Source: a virus. Taken from it: a stretch of DNA of 64,000 nt. The DNA lies in the IMG/VR virus record IMGVR_UViG_3300046616_000348, positions 1-64,000 of that record. One strand, written 5' to 3'. Position 1 is the stretch's first letter; each line of letters starts with the position of its first letter. Below are positions 46,241-55,687 of the stretch, piece by piece. The notes under the pieces are model-generated. The model searched no databases and was not told the origin of the DNA. It worked only from the letters and a program-made list of their open reading frames with translations. Made by a program: the position numbers and the translations under genes.

Positions 46241-46696
46241 ATGAGCAACATGTTCGACCAGGATGAGGTTGCGGCCTTCATCCAGAGCATCGAAGGGCTT
46301 GAGGGGGAAATCGCCAACAGCAAGGCGACCCACATGAACTTCGCCCGCAAAAAGCGGGATGAAATCAAGGAGACGTTCGACGAGGCCAAGGAGCGGGGCA
46401 TCCCCCGCAAGGTGCTCGCGAAGATCCTGAAGCGTCGAGGCCTCGAGGCCGACATCGACGCCCTCGAGAAGGAACTCGACGAAGACCACAAGCCGCTGTT
46501 CGACAGCCTGGCCGAGGTCTTCGCCCGGTACAAGGAGCCGGTCCAGCAGGACATGTTCTCCGGCCAGGACGACGACGAGGAAGAGCAGGAGGAGCAGCCG
46601 TTTGAGCCGGCGTTCACTCCCGACCCGCAGGCCGCTCACGACGCCGAGCAGGCTGAGGGCGAGGCGGTCCTCAACGGTGATCAGACCAAGCACTGA
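46241..46696 (+). CDS. GapR/DUF2312-like DNA-binding protein with acidic tail
   Basis: FIQSIEGLE...IKETFDEAKERG...VLAKILKRR. Confidence 0.7.
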   Translation: MSNMFDQDEVAAFIQSIEGLEGEIANSKATHMNFARKKRDEIKETFDEAKERGIPRKVLAKILKRRGLEADIDALEKELDEDHKPLFDSLAEVFARYKEPVQQDMFSGQDDDEEEQEEQPFEPAFTPDPQAAHDAEQAEGEAVLNGDQTKH

Positions 46697-46698
46697 TC

Positions 46699-47253
46699 AT
46701 GGCTCTCAGGCTGCTCGCGATCGACGCGGCCTCAAAGTTCGGATGGGCCTTCGGGCCCACCGACGGAATGCCCCTCTCGGGTCACGGGCGATTTGCCAGT
46801 GAGGGAGCGGAGCACGAGGCCTACTTCGCCGGCGCATGGCGCTGGATGCATCAAGCAATCAAGGACTGGGACCCCGAGGCGATCGCCATCGAAGCCCCTA
46901 TCCATCCCGGCACGAAGACGACGGTTCACACCATCGAGCTCCTCAATGGGATCCAAGCGAACCTCCGATCGGCCGCCCGGCTCAACAACCGATACCGGGT
47001 CCAGATCATCCACCAGGGGAAGGTGCGAACCTTCTTCATTCCGCAGCCGAAGCTGAAGCGTGGCGAGAAACGGCCCCGCCTCACCGGCGACCAGATGAAG
47101 CTCCTGTCGCGCAAGCGCTGCATCGAGCTGGGGTTCGTGGACGACAAGGTCCGCAGCCTCGACCAAACCGACGCCTTGGCCGTGTGGGCCTGGGCCGTCT
47201 CCTTCTACGACCCGGAGAACGCCAAGCGCTTCTCCCAACAACTGGCGGCATAG
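46699..47253 (+). CDS. RuvC-like Holliday junction resolvase
   Basis: [24 protein letters not shown]. Confidence 0.8.
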   Translation: MALRLLAIDAASKFGWAFGPTDGMPLSGHGRFASEGAEHEAYFAGAWRWMHQAIKDWDPEAIAIEAPIHPGTKTTVHTIELLNGIQANLRSAARLNNRYRVQIIHQGKVRTFFIPQPKLKRGEKRPRLTGDQMKLLSRKRCIELGFVDDKVRSLDQTDALAVWAWAVSFYDPENAKRFSQQLAA

Positions 47254-47255
47254 CA

Positions 47256-47732
47256 ATGGCGGGCAGCGTCAACAAAGTGATCATCGTCGGCAACCTCGGG
47301 CAGGATCCCGAGGTGAAGACCCTTCAGGCCGGCGGCAAGGTGGTGAACCTGTCGATCGCCACGTCGGAGAGCTGGCGCGACAAAAACACCGGCGAGCGCC
47401 GGGAGAAGACCGAGTGGCACCGGATCGTCATCTGGAGCGAGGGTCTCGTGAAGGTGGCCGAGCAGTACCTGAAGAAGGGCGCGAAGGTCTACATCGAGGG
47501 CCAGCTCGAGACCCGCAAGTGGCAGGATCAGGGCGGAAACGACCGCTACAGCACCGAGATCGTCCTCAAGGGCTTCGGCGCCACCCTGACCATGTTGGAC
47601 GGCGCACGCGACGGTGACGGCAACCGTGGCAGCAATGACCGCCAGAGCGACAATCGCGGCAACGGTGGCGGCCGTAGCCAGCAGTCGCAGCCGGCGTTCC
47701 AGGGCGGCATGGACGATGACATTCCGTTCTGA
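47256..47732 (+). CDS. ssb: single-stranded DNA-binding protein
   Basis: [19 protein letters not shown]...EKTEWH...DDDIPF. Confidence 0.97.
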   Translation: MAGSVNKVIIVGNLGQDPEVKTLQAGGKVVNLSIATSESWRDKNTGERREKTEWHRIVIWSEGLVKVAEQYLKKGAKVYIEGQLETRKWQDQGGNDRYSTEIVLKGFGATLTMLDGARDGDGNRGSNDRQSDNRGNGGGRSQQSQPAFQGGMDDDIPF

Positions 47733-47952
47733 GCCGCTGGAGGTGGGCGAGCGCACGACCGCCCACCTCAACCTGAAGTTCTCCATCGCTGACATGGACC
47801 GCATCGCCGAAATGGCGAAGCGGAGGATGAAGCCGGAGGACATCGCTTGGTCGCTGGAGGCGACCGGGCTGAAGACGACGCCGGCGGAAATTGCCCGCCT
47901 GCTGCGCAGGAATGGCCACCTGTATTTCGGCCTGATCGGCTGGGGCGAATAG
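47716..47952 (+). CDS. small HTH-like protein
   Basis: IAEMA...PEDIAWSL...AEIARLL; start uncertain. Confidence 0.45.
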   Translation: MTFRSEPLEVGERTTAHLNLKFSIADMDRIAEMAKRRMKPEDIAWSLEATGLKTTPAEIARLLRRNGHLYFGLIGWGE

Positions 47953-47977
47953 CCCGCCATTTGTTGGGGCAAGAGGC

Positions 47978-48427
47978 ATGACTAGGAAGGGGCGCGCTCT
48001 CTCGGAGAGCGTGACGTCGCCGCGGCTTAAGCTGTTGGCGAAGCTGAAGACCGAAGGCCCGCAGAAGATCTCCCCGCGCTACGTGCCGTTGCGCTGGGCC
48101 TTCGAGCGGGGGCTGGTGCGCAAAGAGCAGGATCTCTTTGCCATCACGCCCGAAGGGCTAGCCAAGCTGTCCTACTCGGAGATGGACGCTGGCCTGAAGC
48201 GCGCGATCAGGGTCATGCCGACGCTCGTCGGCAAGATCCTGGTGCGCACCGCCAGCGAGGCGGAGGAGGCCGTTGTCGGTGGCGGATACCTCTACCACAC
48301 CGAACCAGATCACAAGCCATTCCCACCAGGCGCGGCCCGGGCGTTGATCGCCAACGGCCTCGTGGTCGGCCGCAAGGACGGCCTGCTCGAGGGCATCGCT
48401 CAGACCTTCCGCCTGCCGGGGGTGTGA
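47978..48427 (+). CDS. hypothetical protein, possible tandem winged helix
   Basis: GLV...ITPEG and LIANGLV..DGL...QTF motifs. Confidence 0.6.
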   Translation: MTRKGRALSESVTSPRLKLLAKLKTEGPQKISPRYVPLRWAFERGLVRKEQDLFAITPEGLAKLSYSEMDAGLKRAIRVMPTLVGKILVRTASEAEEAVVGGGYLYHTEPDHKPFPPGAARALIANGLVVGRKDGLLEGIAQTFRLPGV

Positions 48428-48428
48428 G

Positions 48429-49028
48429 ATGTCGGAGACCAAGAAGAAGAACGCGCACGTCTGGGAGCGCGACCCCAACGACTGGTACGTCGAGCCGCAA
48501 TGGGTGTGGGAGAGGTTCTTCGCCCGCGAGCAGTTCGATGGCGTGATCCGTGATCCGAGCTGCGGCATGGGCAACTGCGTCATCCCCGCCCGGGCTGCCG
48601 GCTACACCGTGGAAGCCCGCGACCTGATCGCCCGCTTCCCGATCGTCGAGCGCGAGGAGGACTTCCTCCAGTCGACCGACGAGGCGGACAACATCTGCAC
48701 CAACCCGCCCTTCAAGCTCTGCAACGAAGAGCCATACCCCTACATCCGCCACGGCCTGCGCCTCGCTCGGCGCAAGTTCGCGATCGTGATGCAGGCGAGC
48801 TGGGTGTTCGGCGAGAAGCGGAGCCACTTCCTCGAGAGCACCCCGCTCTCGTGCATCTACAACATCACACCCAAGCCCTCGATGCCGCCCGGCGCCATGA
48901 TCATGGCCGGCCACAAGCCGAACTCCGGCGCGATCGACTACGTGATCGCGGTCTTCAGTCGCGGCCATAACGGCGAACCCTCCCACCGCTGGCTCCGCAA
49001 GGGCCCGACCCGTCGCGTAAGGGGCTGA
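48429..49028 (+). CDS. small orphan DNA amino-methyltransferase
   Basis: DPSCGMGN (SAM motif I), DFL, TNPPF (motif IV). Confidence 0.85.
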   Translation: MSETKKKNAHVWERDPNDWYVEPQWVWERFFAREQFDGVIRDPSCGMGNCVIPARAAGYTVEARDLIARFPIVEREEDFLQSTDEADNICTNPPFKLCNEEPYPYIRHGLRLARRKFAIVMQASWVFGEKRSHFLESTPLSCIYNITPKPSMPPGAMIMAGHKPNSGAIDYVIAVFSRGHNGEPSHRWLRKGPTRRVRG

Positions 49029-49029
49029 G

Positions 49030-49332
49030 ATGTCTAAGCAAATCCCCATCACCGAGGTCTTGCTGTTCATCGAGGCCGACTATGAGTCGTGCGTGAACTC
49101 GCACCTCGCGTGGCGCGAAAAGCATAACGATGGTGTCACGCCCGAGAAGAACCGCCGCGAGATGCTCGCCATGCGGTCGGTCGTCAACGCCTTCCACTAC
49201 ATCAGCCGTGACACCGAGGGCTTCCGGGCCTTCTGCGAGGCGGTCCGTCGCAAGCAAGGCTCAATGCCCGGGGGCGGCGTCGTCGCCAAGATCGACGCCA
49301 TCCTCGACGAGAAGAAGGCAGCGGCCGAATGA
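49030..49332 (+). CDS. hypothetical protein
   Basis: coupled ORF. Confidence 0.6.
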   Translation: MSKQIPITEVLLFIEADYESCVNSHLAWREKHNDGVTPEKNRREMLAMRSVVNAFHYISRDTEGFRAFCEAVRRKQGSMPGGGVVAKIDAILDEKKAAAE

Positions 49333-51458
49333 GCGAGGAGATCAACTTCGGCCCCATGATGGAGGGTGTCGCCCGCGAGCTGTGGGGCGCGCCGAATGAC
49401 CATCACTCCAAGCCCGGCGTCGAGCTCCGGTGGGGCGATAGCGGCAAACGCTCCGTCGACCTGGAGAAGGGCACCTGGTTCGACCACCGCACGAAGACCG
49501 GGGGCGGCGTCCTGTCCCTGATCAAGGCGGAACTCAGCCTCGAGGGCAATGACGCCTTCGAGTGGCTCAAGGCCAAGGGCTTCCCCATCCCCGAGCGGGA
49601 TAGGCCCCAGCATCAGCAGCAGCAGAAGAAGGGCGGGCTCGGCGAGCTCGTCGCCCGGTTCAGCTACACCGACGAGAACGGCAAGGAGCTCTACGAGGTC
49701 TGCCGGTTCGAGAGCGGCGAGATCGACGCCGAGTCGGGCAAGCGGAAGAAGACATTCCGGCAGCGCCGCAAGGAGCCGGGTCACCCGGAGGCGAAGGGCG
49801 AGGGCTGGGTGTGGAACATCCGAGACGTCCGCCGCGTGCTTTACCGCCTGCCCGAGATCAAGGCTGCCATCGCTCGCGGCGAGCCGATCGTGTTCGTCGA
49901 GGGCGAGAAGGCGGTGAAGGCCGCCGTTTCCATCGGCCTCTGCGCAACCACCAACGCGATGGGCGCCGAGAAGTGGGAGGACGGCTTCACAGAGCTGCTC
50001 GCCGGCGCGGACCTGATCATTATCCCCGACAACGACGAGTCGGGCCGCAACCATGCGGACCTGGTCGCCTCGTCGGTGCGCGGTGTCGCCAAGCGCGTGC
50101 GCGTGATGGAGCTCCCCGTCCGGAAGGCGAAGGACGACATCCATGAGTGGGTGCAGCAGGGCGGTACGCGCGATCAGTTCTTCGCGCTCGCCGACAAGGT
50201 GTCGGACTGGCGCCCGCGTCCCCCGCAGTCGCGCTTCGGCGCGGTTGAGTGGTCGCGCATGAACGAGCCCGGCCGCGAATACGAGCACCGCGTGAAGGGG
50301 CTGCTCGCAAAGTACGGCGTCGCGATCATCGGCGGCGAGTCGGGCTCCGGCAAATCGTTCCTCGCCACGGACCTGGGGTTCGCCATCGCCCGCGGCGCTG
50401 ACTACGAGGGCCGCAAGGTCGAGAAGGGTCTCGCGATCTATCAGGCGGGCGAGGGCGGGCTTGGGCTGAAGAAGCGCATGCGCGCCTACCGGATCGAGCA
50501 CAAGATCGAGGAGGACATCCCGTTCGTGCTGCTGCCGGGCGAGCTCGACCTCCACAACAACGACGACCACACCAACAGCTTCATCGCCGAGTGCAAGGCC
50601 TGGCGGAACTACTACGGCATCGCGATCGGCGTGATCTTCATCGACACCTTCGCCACGGCCACGCCGGGTGCGAACGAGAACGATGGCGGCGAGGTCAGCA
50701 AGATCCTGGCCCGCGCCTCGCGGATCGCCAAGGAGTGCGAGACCGTGGTGGTGATCGTCCACCACATGAACGCCGACGGGAAGAAGCTGCGCGGCCACAC
50801 CTCGATCCGGGCGAACGTCGACAACGTGCTGCTCGTCTCCAAGCTCGACGTGAAGGACGCGAACGGTCGCTGGCAGCGCAAGGTGGAGCTGGTGAAGGAC
50901 AAGGAGGGCGCCGACGGCGTCTCCTGGCACTTCGTGCTGAAGCAGATCGAGGTCGGCTACGACGCCGACGGCGACATGGTCACCTCGTGCGTGGTGGATG
51001 CACCCGCGAAGGGCGGCCGCGAGCAGCAGGCGATGGAACGCCTCCGCCTGACCAACAACGACGAGCTGCTCTACCGCAGCATCAAGACGGCGATCGACCA
51101 GCACGGCGTCAACCCGCCGCCTGGGCTGCAGCTGCCTCGGCAGGTGCAGAAGGTCGTGCCGTGGCCGGCGGTGTTCGCCGAGCTCATGCGCAAGTGGACC
51201 TACACCGATCAGCCGGACGCCAGCGCCGAGGAGAACGAGGCACGCCGCAAGGAGGTCGTCACCCGCGCGATCGCCCGCAGCGGCGACAAGCTGGTGAAGT
51301 TCGGGATGATCGACCGCGACATGACCCTAGGCATCGCCTGGGATTTGGGCCTGCCGAAGTGGGCCAAGGAAGTTGCACGCGTGCCTGACGAGGCCGAGGG
51401 CGCGGCAAAGGATGATGGGGCCGTCCAAGAGGAGATTATCAGTGACCTCGGTTTCTAA
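49329..51458 (+). CDS. primase-helicase (TOPRIM plus RepA-like SF4 helicase)
   Basis: VEGEK, PDNDESG; GESGSGKS, IFIDT, VHH..RGHT. Confidence 0.93.
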   Translation: MSEEINFGPMMEGVARELWGAPNDHHSKPGVELRWGDSGKRSVDLEKGTWFDHRTKTGGGVLSLIKAELSLEGNDAFEWLKAKGFPIPERDRPQHQQQQKKGGLGELVARFSYTDENGKELYEVCRFESGEIDAESGKRKKTFRQRRKEPGHPEAKGEGWVWNIRDVRRVLYRLPEIKAAIARGEPIVFVEGEKAVKAAVSIGLCATTNAMGAEKWEDGFTELLAGADLIIIPDNDESGRNHADLVASSVRGVAKRVRVMELPVRKAKDDIHEWVQQGGTRDQFFALADKVSDWRPRPPQSRFGAVEWSRMNEPGREYEHRVKGLLAKYGVAIIGGESGSGKSFLATDLGFAIARGADYEGRKVEKGLAIYQAGEGGLGLKKRMRAYRIEHKIEEDIPFVLLPGELDLHNNDDHTNSFIAECKAWRNYYGIAIGVIFIDTFATATPGANENDGGEVSKILARASRIAKECETVVVIVHHMNADGKKLRGHTSIRANVDNVLLVSKLDVKDANGRWQRKVELVKDKEGADGVSWHFVLKQIEVGYDADGDMVTSCVVDAPAKGGREQQAMERLRLTNNDELLYRSIKTAIDQHGVNPPPGLQLPRQVQKVVPWPAVFAELMRKWTYTDQPDASAEENEARRKEVVTRAIARSGDKLVKFGMIDRDMTLGIAWDLGLPKWAKEVARVPDEAEGAAKDDGAVQEEIISDLGF

Positions 51459-51459
51459 G

Positions 51460-51771
51460 ATGCCGGAGCGGTACAGCATCCGGGTGATCCCGCATAAGAA
51501 GTTCACCGACATGTTCGCGTGCCGGATCGACGTGCCCTTCGAGGGTGTCTTCTGGCTGGTCGATGCCGCCAACAACGTGGACGTCTTCCCCTCCAGGGAC
51601 GCGGCCCAGGCCGCAGCGGCGCGCGCACTGCTGCCGATCCTGAACCGGCGCGTCACGCTCCCGAGCAAGGCGTGGAAGAAGCCCGAGCAGGTGGCGAAGA
51701 AAATCGCGCAGCATGGACGCCCCGACATCGAGTTCGGGTTCTTCGGAGCGCTCCGCGATGCCGCACTCTGA
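51460..51771 (+). CDS. hypothetical protein, paralogue of the N-terminal domain of 53240-53725
   Basis: VFPSRDAAQAAAARAL..LN.R. Confidence 0.6.
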   Translation: MPERYSIRVIPHKKFTDMFACRIDVPFEGVFWLVDAANNVDVFPSRDAAQAAAARALLPILNRRVTLPSKAWKKPEQVAKKIAQHGRPDIEFGFFGALRDAAL

Positions 51772-52048
51772 GGGCATGAAGTACGTGGTCTATGTCCTTT
51801 GGCTCAAAGGGCATTCCCTGACCACCATCGGGCACTGGACCAAGCTGCGCGAGAAGCAGCTGGCCGGCATCATCACCCGCTCGCCCTGGCCCAACCGGTC
51901 GGACATGACCGACGCTGCGCGGGGTGCCGCGCTGGTTGAGCTGCAAGCGATCCGCAAAGGCGCAGACGGTCTCGCTCTCGACGGCGGCATGTTCGACCGC
52001 ATCGACTGGACCCCGCTGCCACTCACGAGGGATCAAGTCCGTGGCTGA
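51758..52048 (+). CDS. small HTH-like protein
   Basis: LWLKGHSLTTIG...QLAGII. Confidence 0.55.
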   Translation: MPHSEGMKYVVYVLWLKGHSLTTIGHWTKLREKQLAGIITRSPWPNRSDMTDAARGAALVELQAIRKGADGLALDGGMFDRIDWTPLPLTRDQVRG

Positions 52049-52745
52049 CGAAGATAGCATCGCCAACCGTCTGAAGGCGCTCCGCGAGGGGCGCGAGGGT
52101 TCGCCCGTCGTGCCGGTTACGGGGCGCGAGCAGGGCAACCTGCGCGCCTCGCTCCCAGGCATGGACGGCCGCACCGCGAGGATCCGCGCCATCTCCGAGA
52201 AGGTCCGGCAGATCACCCCGTTCGAGGCGACCGGCGCTCCGTTCGAGAACCTGCTGTTCACCGACCAGCTGGCGCGCAAGGGCGAGGACAAGGAGCTCGC
52301 GATGCTGCGTGCAGAAGCCGGCTTCCGGTTCCGCGACGACGTCGAGCGGGCCCAGCTCTCGGCGCTGTCGGCCAAGCCGATCAGCGACAGCGGTGGCGGT
52401 GGGGGCGGCAGCCGCAGCACGGTTGCGGACATGAAGATCTACGCCATGCAGTCGCTCGGCCGCCTCCGGGAGCACATGCCCTGGGAGACCTACAACCTGC
52501 TCGAGGCGTTCCTGATCAACGATCAGTGGCTGCTCGAGGCGCCGAAGCCCACGCGGAAGGCGAAGAGCGGGGCCGAGCGTCGCCGGCAGAAGAAAAAGGC
52601 GGAGGCACATCGGGAGCTCATGCTCAACCGGGTGCTCTGTGGGTTGGACACGCTGGGGGTCCACTACGATCTGATGCGCTACCCCGAGTTCCAGGGGCGA
52701 TGGCCCGGCGCAAGGTACGGACGAATTAAGAAGGGCGGGGAGTGA
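52041..52745 (+). CDS. putative late transcription regulator (DUF6456-like, Q position)
   Basis: AGFRFR.D...AQL, GLDTL..HY; last gene of the rightward early operon. Confidence 0.5.
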   Translation: MADEDSIANRLKALREGREGSPVVPVTGREQGNLRASLPGMDGRTARIRAISEKVRQITPFEATGAPFENLLFTDQLARKGEDKELAMLRAEAGFRFRDDVERAQLSALSAKPISDSGGGGGGSRSTVADMKIYAMQSLGRLREHMPWETYNLLEAFLINDQWLLEAPKPTRKAKSGAERRRQKKKAEAHRELMLNRVLCGLDTLGVHYDLMRYPEFQGRWPGARYGRIKKGGE

Positions 52746-52762
52746 TCCCCGCCCTTTCGTTT
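52729..52762. terminator. terminator between convergent operons
   Basis: AAGGGCGGGGA-GTGA-TCCCCGCCCTT-TCGTTT. Confidence 0.8.
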
Positions 52763-52988
52763 ATGCCGGCGGAACGAGCCGCTCGCCCTTGACCAGGTCG
52801 ACGTCGTCGAGGGGCAGGTCGCCCCCGGGCAGCCACCAGAGGCGGCCGTCGTACTCCCCGGGCTGCCAGTCGCCGCCGGTACTGAGATGCACCCAGTAGA
52901 AGCCGGGCTCCCGGACGGGCGGCAGGAGTTCGCCCCGCCTCGCTGCACTCCGGCTGGCGAGGCGGCGTTCATGACGCAGAGGCTTCAA
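52761..52988 (-). CDS. small Trp-rich hypothetical protein
   Basis: REPGFYWV...W.PG motif; start uncertain. Confidence 0.55.
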   Translation of the reverse strand: MKPLRHERRLASRSAARRGELLPPVREPGFYWVHLSTGGDWQPGEYDGRLWWLPGGDLPLDDVDLVKGERLVPPA

Positions 52989-53240
52989 CTATGCCGCCTC
53001 TTTGGTCAGTTCGATCAGGCGGCGGGTCTTAAGGAGCTGGCCGTCCGTCTCCTCCGACCAGGGCTCCAGGCCAGCGCGGAGCGCGGCCATCGCCAGCAGC
53101 TCCGTCTTGGACAGGTCGTCCTTGTCGATGATCCGGACCTTCACGGTGTTGTAGGACTTGACGCCGATCGCCTCGCCGGCGGCCGACACCTGCTTGCCGT
53201 TGAAGCCCATACGCTCCATCCAGGTTTTGAACCTGCTCAT
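52989..53240 (-). CDS. small HTH protein
   Basis: FKTWMERMG...AAGEAIG...LLAMAAL..GL.PW. Confidence 0.7.
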   Translation of the reverse strand: MSRFKTWMERMGFNGKQVSAAGEAIGVKSYNTVKVRIIDKDDLSKTELLAMAALRAGLEPWSEETDGQLLKTRRLIELTKEAA

Positions 53241-53725
53241 CAGCGTGTCCTCTCGGTTTCGGCGGCGGCGGTGATCCGCTCCGCCCGCTCAATGTTCTCC
53301 GCGTCGTCCTTGCACAGGCCCACGATGATGCGGACCATGTGCGGGACGTCGTGGGTGCCGTCGAGCCACCCCATCACCCGGTTCGAGTGGACCATGTAGG
53401 CCAGCTCGGTGGGGGTGATGTCGGCGGCGTCGAGGGCGGCGGACAATTCCGCCGCGCTCATCTTCTCGACCCGGTCCTGGCCCATGCGCATCTCGAGCCG
53501 GGCGTTGAGCACCGCCTCGAGCGCCTGGTAGGCGGCGAGCTGGGCCGCGTCCTCTGACGGGAAGACCTGCGGCTTGCTCGAGCCGACCAGGTCGGGCACG
53601 AGGCCCGGCGCCGAGAACTGGCCGTAGAACCCTCGGCCGTCGGATGTCGGCTTAGCCTTGGCGAAAAACTTGCTGGAGGGTTTCAATTTCTGCGGCTTCT
53701 GGAAGTGAAGGTTCACCACATACAC
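53240..53725 (-). CDS. two-domain protein with C-terminal HTH
   Basis: MSAAELSAALD..ITPTELA...VMGWLDG..VP. Confidence 0.7.
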   Translation of the reverse strand: MYVVNLHFQKPQKLKPSSKFFAKAKPTSDGRGFYGQFSAPGLVPDLVGSSKPQVFPSEDAAQLAAYQALEAVLNARLEMRMGQDRVEKMSAAELSAALDAADITPTELAYMVHSNRVMGWLDGTHDVPHMVRIIVGLCKDDAENIERAERITAAAETERTR

Positions 53726-54367
53726 CTATTCTTGAGCGATTGCGATAGAGCCGGTCGCGGCGAACCGGGTCAGCGCCGGCAGCAAGTCGCGGACCATGTC
53801 CTGGGTGAGGTGCGAGCGGGTCGTCTCCTGGTCGCCCAGCCAGACGCACGCCTCGGTGGCGAGAGAGCTGTCCTGCAGGGTGCACTTCCGGTCGTACCGG
53901 TCCTGGAACTCGATGATGGGGAAGCCGCGGGCGGTGTGCTTGACCTCGAGCTCGAAGGCTACCCGGGTCGACGCGGTCTGCACCTCGACGGGCACCGAGA
54001 GCTTGTTCGCCAGCTCCCGGGCCTCGTCGGCGGTGATCATTTCGCGCTTACCTTCCACGATCTTCCGCAGCACGCCCTCGACGGTCGCCATGCGATTGAC
54101 CAGGCCGGCCACCCAATCGGGCAGGGTGACCGCCTCCGGGATCTCCAGCCGGTGCGATGTGATGCTGTAGCTGTCCATGTAGCCCACGGTGCCCGAGAGC
54201 TTGTCGTGAGCCTCGTCAGCGCCGGGGAACTCGCCTTCGCCCCACCTTTCCCAGTCGATCCGCAGCAGCCCTTCGCGGGCGGCCAGGGCGTCGTCTCGGG
54301 TCAGGAAGGCGTCGGTGATCAGGCCTTCGTCACAGTCGGCTGCGAGGGTCCAGAAGGTAAACTGCAT
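53726..54367 (-). CDS. hypothetical protein
   Basis: C-terminal RGF..EF.DRY..C.LQ.SS.A..WLG..HLT domain; RBS GGAG. Confidence 0.7.
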   Translation of the reverse strand: MQFTFWTLAADCDEGLITDAFLTRDDALAAREGLLRIDWERWGEGEFPGADEAHDKLSGTVGYMDSYSITSHRLEIPEAVTLPDWVAGLVNRMATVEGVLRKIVEGKREMITADEARELANKLSVPVEVQTASTRVAFELEVKHTARGFPIIEFQDRYDRKCTLQDSSLATEACVWLGDQETTRSHLTQDMVRDLLPALTRFAATGSIAIAQE

Positions 54368-54383
54368 TTCTATCTCCAAAGGT

Positions 54384-55169
54384 TCACGATTGAGGGGCAG
54401 TCGACGGGGGCAGCGCGAGCTGCCCGCCGTTGGTCAGGGCGTATTGCAGGTTGGCTTCGGTATCGCCGAAGAAGTCGAGCATCAGGTAGCCGAGGGTGGT
54501 CAGGCGCTCGACCGTCTGCCGGAGGAACTCCTCCTTCTCGGCTGTCCACTCGAGGAGGCGGTTCTCGATTTTCTGCCGGGCCTCCGGGCTTTTCACATGC
54601 AGGAACGGGTTCTCGACGTACTGCATGCGCGGCTCCATCAGGTGGCCGCCGACCTTGCGGTAGAGCACGTCGCCGGCGCGCCAGAGGATCTCGTAGTTGA
54701 GATGGACGGCGGGCGATCCGACGAAGCTGATGTCGCTTGCGGTCACCCAGTGGCCGCCGCCGCGGGCAGGGGCGTGCTGCTTGCCTGCGGCGTGGCGCTC
54801 GTGGCTGTAGGGCAGGTTGGCGGCGAAGGTGACCTTGATCACCTTTCGGGCGGTCAGGTCGGTCAGGTGCTGGAAATACTGCAGCAGCACCTGCTTGTAG
54901 CCATCGACCACATGGTCGACGATCTTGCCGCTGATGCTGTCGCCGGAGTTGGACAGCCGGATTTGCATGAAGCTGCTCTTGGTGTGGCGTCCCTCTCTGA
55001 AGAGGGGAAGGTTCTCTACCACCTGCCTCATATGCTCGGGCAGATAGGCCCAGAACTGGTCGTCCTTGAAGTAGACCTTCACCGACACCGGGACGTGGCC
55101 CATGTCCTCCTGTGGCTCGTGGGTGGTGAAGGTTTTGACCTGCTGGCCCTTGGTTTCGCGCTTTGCCAT
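54384..55169 (-). CDS. hypothetical protein
   Basis: RBS AGGAGG; 261 aa. Confidence 0.75.
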   Translation of the reverse strand: MAKRETKGQQVKTFTTHEPQEDMGHVPVSVKVYFKDDQFWAYLPEHMRQVVENLPLFREGRHTKSSFMQIRLSNSGDSISGKIVDHVVDGYKQVLLQYFQHLTDLTARKVIKVTFAANLPYSHERHAAGKQHAPARGGGHWVTASDISFVGSPAVHLNYEILWRAGDVLYRKVGGHLMEPRMQYVENPFLHVKSPEARQKIENRLLEWTAEKEEFLRQTVERLTTLGYLMLDFFGDTEANLQYALTNGGQLALPPSTAPQS

Positions 55170-55178
55170 TGCGGCCTC

Positions 55179-55409
55179 CTAGTTGAGCTGGGCCAGGGAT
55201 TTGAGCATCCCTCGGGCGAACTTCCGGAACTCCTCCGGGTCCGCGAAGATCGTGGTGCCGCCGGTCGGGCCGGATGTCGCCAGGAAGAACGTCCCGTCCT
55301 CCTTGTGCCGGCAGAGGGAGGTCTGGGTGTCGGCGGTGTGGATCGAGGTGAGGATCTCGATCGCGACCTTGCCTTCTTCGGCGCCGGTGTCGTTGCGGTT
55401 CTCGTTCAT
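55179..55409 (-). CDS. hypothetical protein
   Basis: RBS AGGAG. Confidence 0.65.
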   Translation of the reverse strand: MNENRNDTGAEEGKVAIEILTSIHTADTQTSLCRHKEDGTFFLATSGPTGGTTIFADPEEFRKFARGMLKSLAQLN

Positions 55410-55417
55410 GCTGTCTC

Positions 55418-55687
55418 CTAGAAGGTCTGGAAGCCGCGAAGGGCGTTGCGGTCTGGCTCGATGGGGTAGCCCTCCTCGTCGATGCGGGTGACGGAGAGGA
55501 CGGGGCTGTCGGCGTTGCGGTTCACGAGGGTGACGACGTGCAAGGCGTCGTGCTCATCGCGGAAGTCGTCGGAGACGGTCTTGCCGTTCGCGTCGACGAT
55601 GGAGTGGGCGACTACCTCGGTGCTGCCGTCGGATTGCCGACGACAGACCACCAGGAGCCGCCACGGGGTGGGGCTGATCGCGGGCAT
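55418..55687 (-). CDS. hypothetical protein
   Basis: SPTPW...DA.HVV..VN pattern; TGATG coupling. Confidence 0.6.
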   Translation of the reverse strand: MPAISPTPWRLLVVCRRQSDGSTEVVAHSIVDANGKTVSDDFRDEHDALHVVTLVNRNADSPVLSVTRIDEEGYPIEPDRNALRGFQTF

